A stretch of 61,468 nt of DNA, taken from Candidatus Kapaibacterium sp. GTDB lineage: Bacteria > Bacteroidota > Ignavibacteria > Kapaibacteriales > Kapaibacteriaceae. Location: the NCBI GenBank assembly GCA_026390655.1, contig JAPLFN010000123.1, forward strand, positions 1-61,468. Direction: 5' to 3'. The notes under the pieces were generated by a model. The model was not told the origin of the DNA, did no database searches, and saw only the letters and a program-made list of their open reading frames with translations. Made by a program: the position numbers and the translations under genes. Below are positions 26,959 to 37,120 of the stretch, piece by piece; within the stretch, counting starts at the first letter, position 1, and each line of letters opens with the position of its first letter.

Positions 26959-29412
26959 TTATTTCATGTATGGCAGCACCAATTCCCGTTGCCATGGGGT
27001 CATTTCGTACGTGTTGGCAACCTCGCGTACCAGCTCTCGCCAGCGGGGCTGCTCTGTAAGCGCAGTCAACGTAGCCTTAGCAACCCCACTCAATCGTGAG
27101 TTGGTACTCCACAATGCCTGAAGAATGTTCCGTGTTGCGTTGTCTGTCAATGTTGAGAGTCGTCGAATCGCACCAATAGCATTCTGCCGAGTGACAAGCT
27201 CCCAGCTTGGGCCACAGAGGTCAGCTAAGTCATTTAATGCCTGAGCGTTACCATCGCCAGACTCGATCTCAAGACGGGCTATACGGACGCGTTCGTGTGG
27301 ACCCCTAACTCCTTGTACCTTGTTGAGATAGGCGCGCTTGTCTCCCGGGAAAGACCGAACGAGCTTCGTTAATGCCTGCTGTATGATGGCGTACGAGGAG
27401 TCTTCCAATAGGCGCTCAGTAGCCCCCTTCACCTGAATTGGAATGATGGAAAGGCCGTTGATGGCAGCACTGCGAACCTCAATCGCCGTGTCTTTCATCC
27501 CCCGCTCTACTGTTTTCCAAGCGTGGGTAACCCCAGATAATCCAAGCTCTATGGCCTGTCCTACTGCCTCGCTCCTCATGGCGTGGAAGGTCTCGTGTTC
27601 CATTACGTCGTCTAACATGTCGAGGCGGTCAGTAGACCTCGAGGTGTCACCTCGAAATGTCTCGAAGGCATCATACCTATCGATCATCTTGGGTGCCGCC
27701 TTCAGCTGCGCGCGTCGGGCCTCCCACGATCTATCAAACGTCACTCTCTTCAGGATGTATGACCCTGGATCGAATAGAACAAAAGCGGTGGTCTTCTTTC
27801 CCGGATTCGGTATCTCGATAAAAGTGCGCTGATCTTTCACGTCAACACGGACGGAGTCCTTCGTTTTATCTGTGTAGTGCACTTCTACAACCACGGGCAT
27901 TCGGAACACGCCTGTGAGATCATCCATGGCGTGGATCTGTTCAACATCCACCACGGTAGACGTGGACATCCCCCGCTCCGTATTTACAGCTCCCAAACGA
28001 GTGCTGATGCGATAATGGGGCTCTCCACCCTTATAGAGCCATTGATCAAAGAACCAATCCGGCGATAGTCCGAGAGTATCCTGAAAGGCCAGATAGAGAT
28101 CGTTCGTTTCTACATTTTGGTATGCGTGACCATGTAGATAGTGCTGTATCACCCTGCGCATTGCTGAATCGCCGAACGTGAACCTCATCATATCTAGGAC
28201 GCTGGCACCCTTCGGATACACTCTTCCTGAACCACTTGCCGGATGTACGATCGGAAGACGGTCTGACTCGCTTGCTGCCAATGCACCTCGATGCATTCCC
28301 CGTCTACTCCACTCATAGGCATCTTCCCCTTGAGTTGCTCTTGTAAAAAGATGCGGGTAGAATGTTGCGAAGCTCTCTTGAAGCCAGAGCGACTTCATGC
28401 TGCGCCCCGTAATGCAATCACCAAACCATTGATGAGTGAGTTCATGGGTATTCACACCTACATACGAACGGTCCAACCACCCACGCGAGTCTGTGTAGTA
28501 GAAATCGCCAAAAACGGTTGCCGTTGTATTCTCCATTGCTCCAAAGACGAAGTCAGCAACCGGGACCTGACTATACGATTCCCATGGATACGCCACGCCG
28601 ATCTCCCTCTCAAGGAAGTCCATCGCCTCAACACTCATGCGGTACGTTGGCTCAATGCCTTCCGGCTTGTCGGGATAGGAGTATAAGAAAAGGGGCACCC
28701 CACTCGCCGATTTGCGTTGCGTGATCGAATACTCGCCGATAGCCAGCATAAGTAAGTACGAGGCATGTGGCTTGGTCATGCTGTAATGCCACGTCTTTGA
28801 GCCATCGCTGTTTACGATGACGTCGCCTCGGGTTCCGTTTGACAATACGGTGTACGTGGAATCCATAGTCGTGATCGTTTCGGTGACCATCTTGTCATTC
28901 ATCTCGTCATACATTGGTATCCAATGGCGATTATCTATCCCTTGCCCCTGCGACCAGATCTGCTTTCGCATCCGATTTGTAGGATCGTTCCAACCAATGA
29001 AGTAGAGCCCCTTACGCGGGTTGGCCTCGTAGATAAACGCGATCGAATCTTTCACATCCCATCGAATGGGTGGATCGCAATAAACAATCACTGTTGTGTC
29101 TGTTGAACGCGTGCGAACAGGTCTTCCCCCAAGCGTGGCTTGGAGAATCCGAATCTTTAACGCGTCGAATTCAATGGAATCTGTCGTTTCGCGCAGACCG
29201 CGGAATACATGCGTCACCCTTCCCTTAACCAGGCCCTTGGCCGGTTCAAATCGCACGTCAAGAGTCATCCGAAGCATATCCACAGGATGATCACGCGGCT
29301 CGCTTCCGGGTGCATCTACATAGGTAGTGGTATGAATAACGGGGGCTTGGGCTAAAGCGGCCAATGGCGCCGTAAGCATTGCAAGAAGTAAGAGGTAACG
29401 TCTCATCAACAA
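26959..29412 (-). CDS. M1 family zinc aminopeptidase (aminopeptidase N-like) with C-terminal HEAT-like repeats
   Basis: 817-aa ORF with a signal peptide. GAMEN motif (FGAMENTTATVF) and HELTH-x18-E zinc site (HELTHQWFGDCITGRSMKSLWLQE). Confidence 0.92.
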   Translation of the reverse strand: MLMRRYLLLLAMLTAPLAALAQAPVIHTTTYVDAPGSEPRDHPVDMLRMTLDVRFEPAKGLVKGRVTHVFRGLRETTDSIEFDALKIRILQATLGGRPVRTRSTDTTVIVYCDPPIRWDVKDSIAFIYEANPRKGLYFIGWNDPTNRMRKQIWSQGQGIDNRHWIPMYDEMNDKMVTETITTMDSTYTVLSNGTRGDVIVNSDGSKTWHYSMTKPHASYLLMLAIGEYSITQRKSASGVPLFLYSYPDKPEGIEPTYRMSVEAMDFLEREIGVAYPWESYSQVPVADFVFGAMENTTATVFGDFYYTDSRGWLDRSYVGVNTHELTHQWFGDCITGRSMKSLWLQESFATFYPHLFTRATQGEDAYEWSRRGMHRGALAASESDRLPIVHPASGSGRVYPKGASVLDMMRFTFGDSAMRRVIQHYLHGHAYQNVETNDLYLAFQDTLGLSPDWFFDQWLYKGGEPHYRISTRLGAVNTERGMSTSTVVDVEQIHAMDDLTGVFRMPVVVEVHYTDKTKDSVRVDVKDQRTFIEIPNPGKKTTAFVLFDPGSYILKRVTFDRSWEARRAQLKAAPKMIDRYDAFETFRGDTSRSTDRLDMLDDVMEHETFHAMRSEAVGQAIELGLSGVTHAWKTVERGMKDTAIEVRSAAINGLSIIPIQVKGATERLLEDSSYAIIQQALTKLVRSFPGDKRAYLNKVQGVRGPHERVRIARLEIESGDGNAQALNDLADLCGPSWELVTRQNAIGAIRRLSTLTDNATRNILQALWSTNSRLSGVAKATLTALTEQPRWRELVREVANTYEMTPWQRELVLPYMK

Positions 29413-29435
29413 AGATAGGTTCGTTAGTTTCGTGC

Positions 29436-29813
29436 ATGAAAGAAGTTCTGCTCGTAATGTTCGGTGGGGCCGTAGGCAGTGGCTTGAGATACTGGGTGGG
29501 AACTATGCTACCTGTTGCCCAAGGGACGTTTCCGGTTCCAACCTTCCTCGTGAACGTGCTGGGCTCCTTCATTCTCGGCGGTATTGTAGGGGCAACGTCG
29601 TTGCCAAGTCCGCTTTCAAGAAACGCCACTCTCCTCCTCGGCACGGGGCTCTGCGGTGGATTCACGACATATTCTGCCTTTGCGATAGAGTCCGTGAGCT
29701 TGTTCGAGGGCGGCAATGTTCTCGTTGCAGGGACCTACCTCGCTACGACGATCGTCTGTTGTATGTTGGCTGCCGTAGCCGGAGTTACACTTATCCGTTT
29801 TTCAATCCAGTAA
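29436..29813 (+). CDS. crcB: fluoride ion channel CrcB/FluC
   Basis: ORF 29379.. trimmed to ATG 29436 (MKEVLLVMFGGAVGSGLRYWV...). Contains GTGLCGGFTTYSAF, typical of CrcB. Confidence 0.9.
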   Translation: MKEVLLVMFGGAVGSGLRYWVGTMLPVAQGTFPVPTFLVNVLGSFILGGIVGATSLPSPLSRNATLLLGTGLCGGFTTYSAFAIESVSLFEGGNVLVAGTYLATTIVCCMLAAVAGVTLIRFSIQ

Positions 29814-29842
29814 ATCATTTTCTGTTTTCCGAAGGGGCATGC

Positions 29843-30652
29843 ATGGACATCGCATCAATTTGGGCCAATCATCAAACTGTGATCATCAATTACTTGATTC
29901 TTGTTGTGGGCGCGGTTCTTATGTGGATGGTTGGCCGTTGGCTCATCCACTTCATGGTACGAATGATACGGAGGGCGCTCACCGCGAGACAGGTTGATCC
30001 TACGCTTCAGAACTACCTGGCCTCGATTATCACGGTTGGCCTGAATGTGATCTTGGTGATCGCAATCTTAGCCAGGTTTGGCGTTGAAACAACATCCTTT
30101 GCTGCCCTTATCGCTGCTGCCGGCCTTGCTATTGGTATGGCTTGGGGCGGTCTTCTTGCCAATTTCGCAGCCGGTGCTTTCCTGCTCGTTCTCCGCCCTT
30201 TCAAAGTAGGTGACTTGATAAGTGCTGGTGGAACGCTGGGGGTGGTTGAGGAAATCGGACTCTTCTCAACAACAGTTATGACCCCGGATGGGGTGCTTGT
30301 AATGGTCAGCAATGGGAAGGTTTTCGGGGATAACATCGAGAACCTCTCAAACACACCACACCGACGAGTTGATCGTACAATGCAACTCGCCCACGGAGTG
30401 GATGTTGATAAAACGATCGAACGTGTCCTATCCGAGCTTGTAGCGCTTCCGAAGGTTCTTGAATCTCCGGCACCATCCGTTTGGGTCTTTGACTTTACTC
30501 TTGCAGGACCTGTGCTTTGCGTACGGCCGTTTTGTAAGCCAGAGGACTATTGGACCGTCTATCAGGGAACAAACGATGTTATTCGCCGTGTTGGCGGTGA
30601 ACTAGCGTTGCCTGTTCCACAAGTCCATTATCAAGTTCAGCAAAAACCATGA
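29843..30652 (+). CDS. mscS: small-conductance mechanosensitive channel (MscS family)
   Basis: The real gene is the 3' part of ORF 29432..30652, starting at ATG 29843 (MDIASIWANHQ...). Three TM helices, then LRPFKVGDLISAGGTLGVVEEIGLFSTTVMTPDG. Confidence 0.88.
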   Translation: MDIASIWANHQTVIINYLILVVGAVLMWMVGRWLIHFMVRMIRRALTARQVDPTLQNYLASIITVGLNVILVIAILARFGVETTSFAALIAAAGLAIGMAWGGLLANFAAGAFLLVLRPFKVGDLISAGGTLGVVEEIGLFSTTVMTPDGVLVMVSNGKVFGDNIENLSNTPHRRVDRTMQLAHGVDVDKTIERVLSELVALPKVLESPAPSVWVFDFTLAGPVLCVRPFCKPEDYWTVYQGTNDVIRRVGGELALPVPQVHYQVQQKP

Positions 30653-31326
30653 CCCTAAAAATTGTTTCGGCAACTACCCTTCTTGTCGTCTTCTTAACGT
30701 CCATTCTCACTGCATGCGCTGGTGACGATGGACGCACACCGCCCCCTCCTACCACATCATCGAAGAAGACCATGTCTGTTTCTCATCGCGACACCGCCAC
30801 TCTAGCCGGCGGTTGCTTCTGGTGTATCGAAGCTGTCTACCAATTACTTGATGGTGTTGAACTCGTTGAGAGTGGATACTGTGGAGGAAGTGTGAAGGAT
30901 CCCTCGTACAAGGAGGTGTGTACCGGTACAACAGGTCACGCTGAAGTATGCAGGATAACATTTGATCCATCGGTTGTGTCGTACGAAGACATCCTCCAAG
31001 TCTTCTTCGCCTCACACGACCCAACAACATTGAACCGTCAGGGCAATGATGCTGGCACACAGTATCGAAGTGCAGTGTTCTATCATAACGAAGAGCAAAA
31101 GCGAATTGCCAGCGACTACATCAAGCAATTGACAAGCGCGCATACGTGGCCGGATCCTATCGTAACGGAAGTGGTTCCTGCTGACAAGTTCTACAAAGCT
31201 GAAGACTATCATCAGAACTACTTTGCACAGAATGGCACTCAACCATATTGTCAATTCGTTGTGCGTCCAAAAGTTGAGAAATTTCAAAAGCAGTTCAAGG
31301 ACAAGATGCGCTCAGTGCCCAAATGA
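30649..31326 (+). CDS. msrA: peptide-methionine (S)-S-oxide reductase MsrA with lipoprotein signal
   Basis: 225-aa ORF with an ATGA overlap with mscS. Lipobox LTACAG. Catalytic GGCFWC motif. Confidence 0.92.
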   Translation: MTLKIVSATTLLVVFLTSILTACAGDDGRTPPPPTTSSKKTMSVSHRDTATLAGGCFWCIEAVYQLLDGVELVESGYCGGSVKDPSYKEVCTGTTGHAEVCRITFDPSVVSYEDILQVFFASHDPTTLNRQGNDAGTQYRSAVFYHNEEQKRIASDYIKQLTSAHTWPDPIVTEVVPADKFYKAEDYHQNYFAQNGTQPYCQFVVRPKVEKFQKQFKDKMRSVPK

Positions 31327-31351
31327 CCGATTCTGATACTGCGGGTCTACA

Positions 31352-33538
31352 ATGACCACACGTACAATTGACATAGCAGGCATGCATTGCGCTGCCTGCA
31401 TTGGCCGCGTTGAGAAAGCCCTGGTCGGCGTTCAGGGGGTTGCTTCTGCTAATGTTAATCTCGTAACGAACCGTGCGGTTGTTGAGATCTCAGACCAGGT
31501 GAAGGATGAAAATCTAACGCGTGCAGTGGAATCTGCCGGGTATACGGTTCAGTCTGTCTATGGCGAGCAATCAGTGCCTGACGCCAATACACTTGCCAAA
31601 CGTATTGAAGCGCCGGCACGCGAATATCGAGGCGCACTTCTTCTTGCAGCGCCCTTTGCCGTTGCTATCATGATCATTTCAATGTGGGCGATGTTTTCAC
31701 ATCACGCCCCTTGGGTGAATTCCCTTCTGTTTGTGCTCACGTTACCTGTGCTCTGGGCCGGACGCTCTTTTTTCGTTGGGGCCTATAAAGCGGCGCTTCA
31801 TTTGTCGGCTACGATGGATACGTTGGTGTCGATTGGCACCGGCGCTGCCTTTATCGCAAGTGTTGCCGCAGCATCGGACGTGTATTACGATTCAACGTCA
31901 ACGATCATCTCACTCGTACTGCTCGGCAAATGGTTGGAGGTCCGGGCAAAAGGTAGAACGGCGGAAGCGCTGCAGTCGCTCATGGAGCTTCATCCAAAGG
32001 TCATTCGCGTGCGACGCGACGGCATTGACATCGATGTTCCCGCTGCGGACGTTGTCACGGGCGAGACCATCGTCCTACGTCCAGGTGAACGCGTACCAAC
32101 GGATGGCGTACTTGTTAGCGGCACCACTACTACTGACGAATCAATGATAACGGGAGAGAGTCTGCCAGTTGAGCGTGGACCGGGAGAAACGCTCATCGGA
32201 GGTTCTCTCAATACCACGGGCTCAGTGATCATGCGAGCTACCGCCGTTGGTTCTGTAACAGTTCTTGCCGGCATCATCAGGGCGGTCGAAAAGGCACAGT
32301 CAAGCAAGGCCCCGATCCAACGCCTTGCTGATCAGATAAGCAGTGTCTTTGTCCCCATCGTTCTTGGTATAGCCGCAATAACATTTTGCGTCTGGTTCTA
32401 TGCCGCCCCAGCCGAAATCGCATTCAATCAGGCGCTGACGTCAGCGATCGCTGTCCTTATCATCGCATGTCCCTGTGCTCTTGGACTCGCAACGCCAACA
32501 GCCATCATTGTTGGAAGCGGTAAGGGGGCTTCTCTGGGCGTCCTGTTTTCAAATGCTGAGTCCATTGAATTGCTGCAACGTGTTGATACTGTGGTGCTCG
32601 ATAAAACGGGCACGCTCACCGAGGGCGCCATAGTGGTCCATGATGCCGCATTTAGAACAACGACAAGTGAAGAGTTGGTTAGACGCTACGTGGAAGCACT
32701 CGAGTCCGGATCAGAGCATCCGGTGGCGAAGAGCCTTGTAGAATGGGCCGGCATCACTCCGTCGGAGCGAATGAGTGTTGTTTCTACGACAACAGTCCCT
32801 GGTAAAGGCACGTTTGGATCGGTCGGGGAGCATCGGATTCGCATAGGTAGCGAGTCGTTCATGGAAGAGTCTCTCCTTCTCCTTCAAGCCGATATGCGCA
32901 AGGCATCTGCTCAGAACGACGATCACGGTTGGTCCTCTCTCTTTATTAGCGTCGATGGCGTCATTGTTGCATGCATCGCAGTTGCCGATACATTGCGTTC
33001 TTCAAGTGCCGATGCAGTTGCGCGGATGAAGACCAGAGGCCTTACGGTGATCATGGCAACCGGTGACCGCGAAGCTCCGGCACGAGCTATTGCAGCATCC
33101 GCAGGAATCTCAAACGTTCTGCACAGTGTAACTCCACATGCAAAGGCAGCAGCGGTGGAAAAGCTTCAGCGGCAAGGGGCTTACGTTGCAATGATCGGTG
33201 ATGGGATCAACGACGCTCCGGCACTTGCCCAGGCGAACGTGGGAATAGCGATGGGTACAGGCACCGACATCGCAAAGAGTACAGCAGACATCACACTCCT
33301 TCGTCCCGATCTCCACACTTTTCTCGATGCGATCGATGTGAGTCGCGCTACAATAAAGACGATCCGGCAGAATCTTTTTTTTGCTTTCGTCTACAACATC
33401 CTGGGGATTCCCTTAGCAGCCGGACTGCTCATTCCCCTTACGGGCATGGCTCTTTCGCCTATGATCGCCGCCGCAGCGATGGCTCTGAGCTCCGGCACCG
33501 TGGTCTCAAATTCGCTCAGATTACGGATCTCACGCTAG
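31352..33538 (+). CDS. copA: copper-translocating P1B-type ATPase
   Basis: 728-aa ORF with HMA domain GMHCAACIGRVEKAL, CPC motif (IACPCALGLATP), DKTGTLT and GDGINDAP. Confidence 0.95.
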   Translation: MTTRTIDIAGMHCAACIGRVEKALVGVQGVASANVNLVTNRAVVEISDQVKDENLTRAVESAGYTVQSVYGEQSVPDANTLAKRIEAPAREYRGALLLAAPFAVAIMIISMWAMFSHHAPWVNSLLFVLTLPVLWAGRSFFVGAYKAALHLSATMDTLVSIGTGAAFIASVAAASDVYYDSTSTIISLVLLGKWLEVRAKGRTAEALQSLMELHPKVIRVRRDGIDIDVPAADVVTGETIVLRPGERVPTDGVLVSGTTTTDESMITGESLPVERGPGETLIGGSLNTTGSVIMRATAVGSVTVLAGIIRAVEKAQSSKAPIQRLADQISSVFVPIVLGIAAITFCVWFYAAPAEIAFNQALTSAIAVLIIACPCALGLATPTAIIVGSGKGASLGVLFSNAESIELLQRVDTVVLDKTGTLTEGAIVVHDAAFRTTTSEELVRRYVEALESGSEHPVAKSLVEWAGITPSERMSVVSTTTVPGKGTFGSVGEHRIRIGSESFMEESLLLLQADMRKASAQNDDHGWSSLFISVDGVIVACIAVADTLRSSSADAVARMKTRGLTVIMATGDREAPARAIAASAGISNVLHSVTPHAKAAAVEKLQRQGAYVAMIGDGINDAPALAQANVGIAMGTGTDIAKSTADITLLRPDLHTFLDAIDVSRATIKTIRQNLFFAFVYNILGIPLAAGLLIPLTGMALSPMIAAAAMALSSGTVVSNSLRLRISR

Positions 33539-33582
33539 GGGATGTTTCTGACTAGCAAGAATCGTGCTATTTTTCCGCCAGC

Positions 33583-34155
33583 ATGATCCTTCTCGACGAT
33601 CTTCTCATTCAAGAGCAGGTGCTGACGGCCACATTTGCGTGTGATCTTCAGCGCTGCAAAGGGGCTTGCTGTACTTTATCCGGCGGGGCGGGTGCCCCAT
33701 TGTTAGAGAACGAGGTAAAGCCACTTCGTTTGGCAGTTGATACTGCCTTGCCCTATCTCGATGAACGGTCACGGAAGTGGCTGGCAGACAACGACCCTGT
33801 GGAGGGTCATCATGGAGACAGATCTGTTGGCTGCATCGATGATGCCGCCTGTGTCTTTGTGTACTATGACAATACTGTTGCGAAGTGTGCACTAGAGCGT
33901 GCATTTCATAATGGCGAATCTGCATTTCGGAAGCCGATCTCGTGCCATCTCTTTCCGATTCGAGTCGCGAATTTTGGTGGACCATACCTCCACTATGAAC
34001 AGATCGAAGAGTGTGAACCAGGTCGCGAGCACGGAGCACGGCTAGGTGTGCCATTAGTTGACGCTCTAAAGGATGCCCTTACGCGTGCATATGGCGAACG
34101 TACGTACGAACGAATGTCCGCAGCCGCTCGCGGTGAAGAGGAGGGCGACCTATGA
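33583..34155 (+). CDS. DUF3109 family Cys-rich protein
   Basis: 190-aa ORF. FACDLQRCKGACCTLSGGAGAPLLENE matches the DUF3109 N-terminus as I recall it. ATGA overlap with rpoN. Confidence 0.6.
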   Translation: MILLDDLLIQEQVLTATFACDLQRCKGACCTLSGGAGAPLLENEVKPLRLAVDTALPYLDERSRKWLADNDPVEGHHGDRSVGCIDDAACVFVYYDNTVAKCALERAFHNGESAFRKPISCHLFPIRVANFGGPYLHYEQIEECEPGREHGARLGVPLVDALKDALTRAYGERTYERMSAAARGEEEGDL

Positions 34156-35777
34156 AGCTAGGCCTCAACCTTCAGGTAGGATTAACGCAGTCTCTTACAC
34201 CGCAACAGATCCAGTATCTCAAGATGCTGCAGTTGCAACTGCTCCAGCTTGAGCAACACGTGCGTGTTGAACTTGAAAACAATCCGATGCTGGAAGAAGC
34301 ACCCGAGTTTGAGCCACAGGCTGCGGGTGAAGACCGAGTGACTGGTGATACGGACGGTCCGGCTGAAAGCACAGCGTATGACGCGCCGCCGCCGGGCATT
34401 GAAGCCGTCGGCATAGACTCTCGTAAAGAATCTATCGAGCAAGCCACGGAGTTTGATCCGAAAGATGCGTTTGAGTTTTACAAACTCATATGGGGTGAAG
34501 ATCCATCAAGCGGTCATTCAAGCGACACGAGAATGGGCGAGGACGATGATGATGAGCCCGTTTTTCAATTCCGTGAAGTTCAAACCCTGGAGGGCGACCT
34601 GCTAGAGCAAATGCGATATCTGCAGGTGTCGCTTGAGGAGAGACTCTTTGGCGACTACATCATTGGTAATATCGATGATGATGGCTATTTGCGCAGGACT
34701 CTTGATGAGTTGATTCACGAGATCAACGACAGATTCGCAGAGCACAACCTTGCATTGCATTCCACAGGCAGCACAAGCAGGTCTCAAGTTTATGCGAATG
34801 ATATCATTGATGATGTAGACAGACAGCTCAATCCGATTTCAATGAGACAGGCGGAGTCGGTGTTGAGGAAGGTACAATCGTTAGAGCCCCCTGGCATTGC
34901 ATCACGCTCTGTGCAGGAGTGTCCCCTCGCTCAACTCCGTGCAGTTGAAAAACCCAATGCCGCGCAGAAATTGGCCGTACTGATTCTTACGCGGACGTAT
35001 GAAGCGTTTGCCATGAAGCACTACCACGTGATCGAACGTCAGCTCGACATTACAGAAGACTATCTGCGAGAAGCGATCGAAGTCATCCGTCACCTCACGC
35101 CACGTCCGGGCGGTGGAACGATCGGCCCGGAGATCAACACCGTCTCTCCTGACTTTACGGTTGAGCCGACGGAAGACGGAACGGACTTCCTCATCACCGT
35201 TAATGATTCGCGACTTCCCACGTTGCGCGTGAGCAAGGCATATGAAAACCTGAAGAAGGAAGCACGGTACCACAATTTCAACAAAGAAACTCGTGAGTGG
35301 CTCCGAAAAAAATATGAAGATGCCAAGTTTCTCATGCAGGCTATCCGCCAACGCAAGGGAACGATGCTCCGAGTTATGACGGCTATCATAGGATTGCAGA
35401 AAGAGTTCTTCATATATGGGCCGGAGCATTTGAAGCCCCTTATCTACCGCGACGTTTCGGAGATCACAGCGCTTGATATCTCTACAATCTGCCGCATTGT
35501 CAATGGCAAGTACGTTCTTACTACGTTTGGCACATTCGAGCTAAAGTACTTCTTCAGTGAGGCGCTGTTGAGTGACGATGGGGAAGAGATTTCAACGCGC
35601 GTTGTCAAGCAAAAGATCAAGGAGCTCATCGAAGCAGAATCGAAACATAAACCATTGAGTGACGACAGATTGGGTAAGGATCTCAAACAGCTTGGTTATA
35701 ATGTTGCGCGACGCACGGTCGCCAAATACCGCGAGCAATTGCGCATTCCCGTGGCTCGCCTACGTCGCGAACTTTAG
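34152..35777 (+). CDS. rpoN: RNA polymerase sigma-54 factor
   Basis: 541-aa ORF with a Q/L-rich N-terminal region I, an acidic linker, and the C-terminal RpoN box ARRTVAKYR. Confidence 0.95.
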   Translation: MKLGLNLQVGLTQSLTPQQIQYLKMLQLQLLQLEQHVRVELENNPMLEEAPEFEPQAAGEDRVTGDTDGPAESTAYDAPPPGIEAVGIDSRKESIEQATEFDPKDAFEFYKLIWGEDPSSGHSSDTRMGEDDDDEPVFQFREVQTLEGDLLEQMRYLQVSLEERLFGDYIIGNIDDDGYLRRTLDELIHEINDRFAEHNLALHSTGSTSRSQVYANDIIDDVDRQLNPISMRQAESVLRKVQSLEPPGIASRSVQECPLAQLRAVEKPNAAQKLAVLILTRTYEAFAMKHYHVIERQLDITEDYLREAIEVIRHLTPRPGGGTIGPEINTVSPDFTVEPTEDGTDFLITVNDSRLPTLRVSKAYENLKKEARYHNFNKETREWLRKKYEDAKFLMQAIRQRKGTMLRVMTAIIGLQKEFFIYGPEHLKPLIYRDVSEITALDISTICRIVNGKYVLTTFGTFELKYFFSEALLSDDGEEISTRVVKQKIKELIEAESKHKPLSDDRLGKDLKQLGYNVARRTVAKYREQLRIPVARLRREL

Positions 35778-35830
35778 CCCTGTACCTCGGAAGCGTACGT
35801 ATTCGTCACGTTTCATTCGGCTGACATCAC

Positions 35831-35860
35831 AAAGGGGCATGAAGCCCCTTTCGTCGTTTT
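35831..35860 (+). terminator. intrinsic terminator after rpoN
   Basis: AAGGGGC-atgaa-GCCCCTT hairpin (35832-35850) followed by TCGTCGTTTT. Confidence 0.7.
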
Positions 35861-36000
35861 CAAGACCGCTTTTGCCGTGGCTCCTCAAAGACTCTGAGGA
35901 GTGTAACATCTATCAGTGGCTTGTAATCGCCACTATGACAGTAGATGGCAGAGTCAGTGGCGTACCCTCGCAGATACTTCGTGAACCGGAATCTGCGCCA

Positions 36001-36291
36001 ATGAAATCTGCCATGCGTCCAACGCTCTATCGCCTTCAGGCCATCCTGATGCGGTTGTCGCGTGGCGAGCGGGTTACGGCCAATCACATGGCCAGAGATC
36101 TCGAAGTGAGTGTTCGCACTGTGGCGCGTGATCTCGACTACCTCATCAATACACTGCACGTGCCGATGTCCTATCACTATCACAAGAAATCGTATGTGTT
36201 GGATGGCCCCTTGCCATCTCTACTTAAGCCACCGGATCACATGCCGGGAATTGAACCGTCACCCTTGCTTGGGGACGAAGAGCTTCATTGA
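36001..36291 (+). CDS. stand-alone HTH (HTH_11/DeoR-YafY N-terminal type) transcriptional regulator
   Basis: ORF 35659.. trimmed to ATG 36001 (alternatives 35935 and 36013). LYRLQAILMRLSRGERVTANHMARDLEVSVRTVARDLDYL is a clear winged-HTH. There is no WYL or 3H effector domain. The 3' end overlaps nadC convergently by 33 nt. Confidence 0.6.
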   Translation: MKSAMRPTLYRLQAILMRLSRGERVTANHMARDLEVSVRTVARDLDYLINTLHVPMSYHYHKKSYVLDGPLPSLLKPPDHMPGIEPSPLLGDEELH

Positions 36292-37119
36292 AATGTCGAG
36301 AGCCGTTGCGCTGTGTGTAATTGCTCCGACGCTGATGAAGTCAACGCCCGCGTCGGCATACGCACGAATGTTATCGAAGGTGATCCCACCGGACGCTTCT
36401 GTTTCGAGTTGGCCGTTCACGAGTTGCACACCCTCGGAGACAGCAGACGGAACGAAATTGTCAAACATCACGCGATGCACGCCTTTGCATTCCAAGATCT
36501 CCGCCACATCGTCGAGCGAGCGAGCTTCTACCTCAACCTTAACCGTGGGTCTGCCACGAAGCTCTGCAACCACTTTTTCAACAGCTTCTCGAATACCGCC
36601 ACACGCTGTGATGTGATTGTCCTTGATCATTACCATGTCATAGAGTCCAACGCGGTGATTTAATGCACCACCCACTGATGTCGCATATTTATCAAGAAGC
36701 CGCCAACCGGGGATGGTCTTGCGAGTATCTAATACTCGTGCCTTTGTGCCGGCGATCTCGTCAACATACTGTCGTGTCTTTGTTGCAACGCCACTCATAC
36801 GTTGAATGAAGTTTAAAGCTGTGCGCTCACCGGCCAACAATGCATGAGCCGGACCTTCCACTAACGCCAAGACCGTTCCACTTGTGATACGATCGCCCTC
36901 GTTGACCTTGATGTTGATATCAACATCAGAAGAGAACTTTCGAAAGACAAGGGGCAGGATAGGAAGTCCGCAGATTATCCCGTCCTGCTTCATGATAAAC
37001 CGAGCGGCGGCCGTGGCGTCATGCAGCACACAGAATTCACTCGTGATGTCGCCAGTACCCAGATCTTCGTGGATTGCGAACTGAATGAGTCGGATGATGG
37101 AGGAGTCGATTGGTAACAT
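36259..37119 (-). CDS. nadC: nicotinate-nucleotide pyrophosphorylase (quinolinate phosphoribosyltransferase)
   Basis: 286-aa ORF that is NadC-like throughout (HEDLGTGDITS, ERTALNF, DTRKTIPG, IMIKDNH). Confidence 0.93.
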   Translation of the reverse strand: MLPIDSSIIRLIQFAIHEDLGTGDITSEFCVLHDATAAARFIMKQDGIICGLPILPLVFRKFSSDVDINIKVNEGDRITSGTVLALVEGPAHALLAGERTALNFIQRMSGVATKTRQYVDEIAGTKARVLDTRKTIPGWRLLDKYATSVGGALNHRVGLYDMVMIKDNHITACGGIREAVEKVVAELRGRPTVKVEVEARSLDDVAEILECKGVHRVMFDNFVPSAVSEGVQLVNGQLETEASGGITFDNIRAYADAGVDFISVGAITHSATALDISMKLFVPKQG

Positions 37120-37120
37120 G

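Noticed and set aside
29413-29435. Fluoride riboswitch upstream of crcB
   Set aside because: Only 23 nt separate the divergent aminopeptidase start and the crcB start. That is too short for the ~50-nt crcB motif, and no matching sequence was seen.
29432-29842. N-terminal 137 codons of the 406-aa ORF 29432..30652
   Set aside because: This part overlaps crcB in another frame and has an Arg-rich, non-protein-like composition. The MscS homology starts at ATG 29843.
33553-33575. Terminator after copA (TAGCA...TGCTA + TTTTT)
   Set aside because: The stem is only 5 bp with a 7-nt loop. It is marginal and was not listed as a feature.
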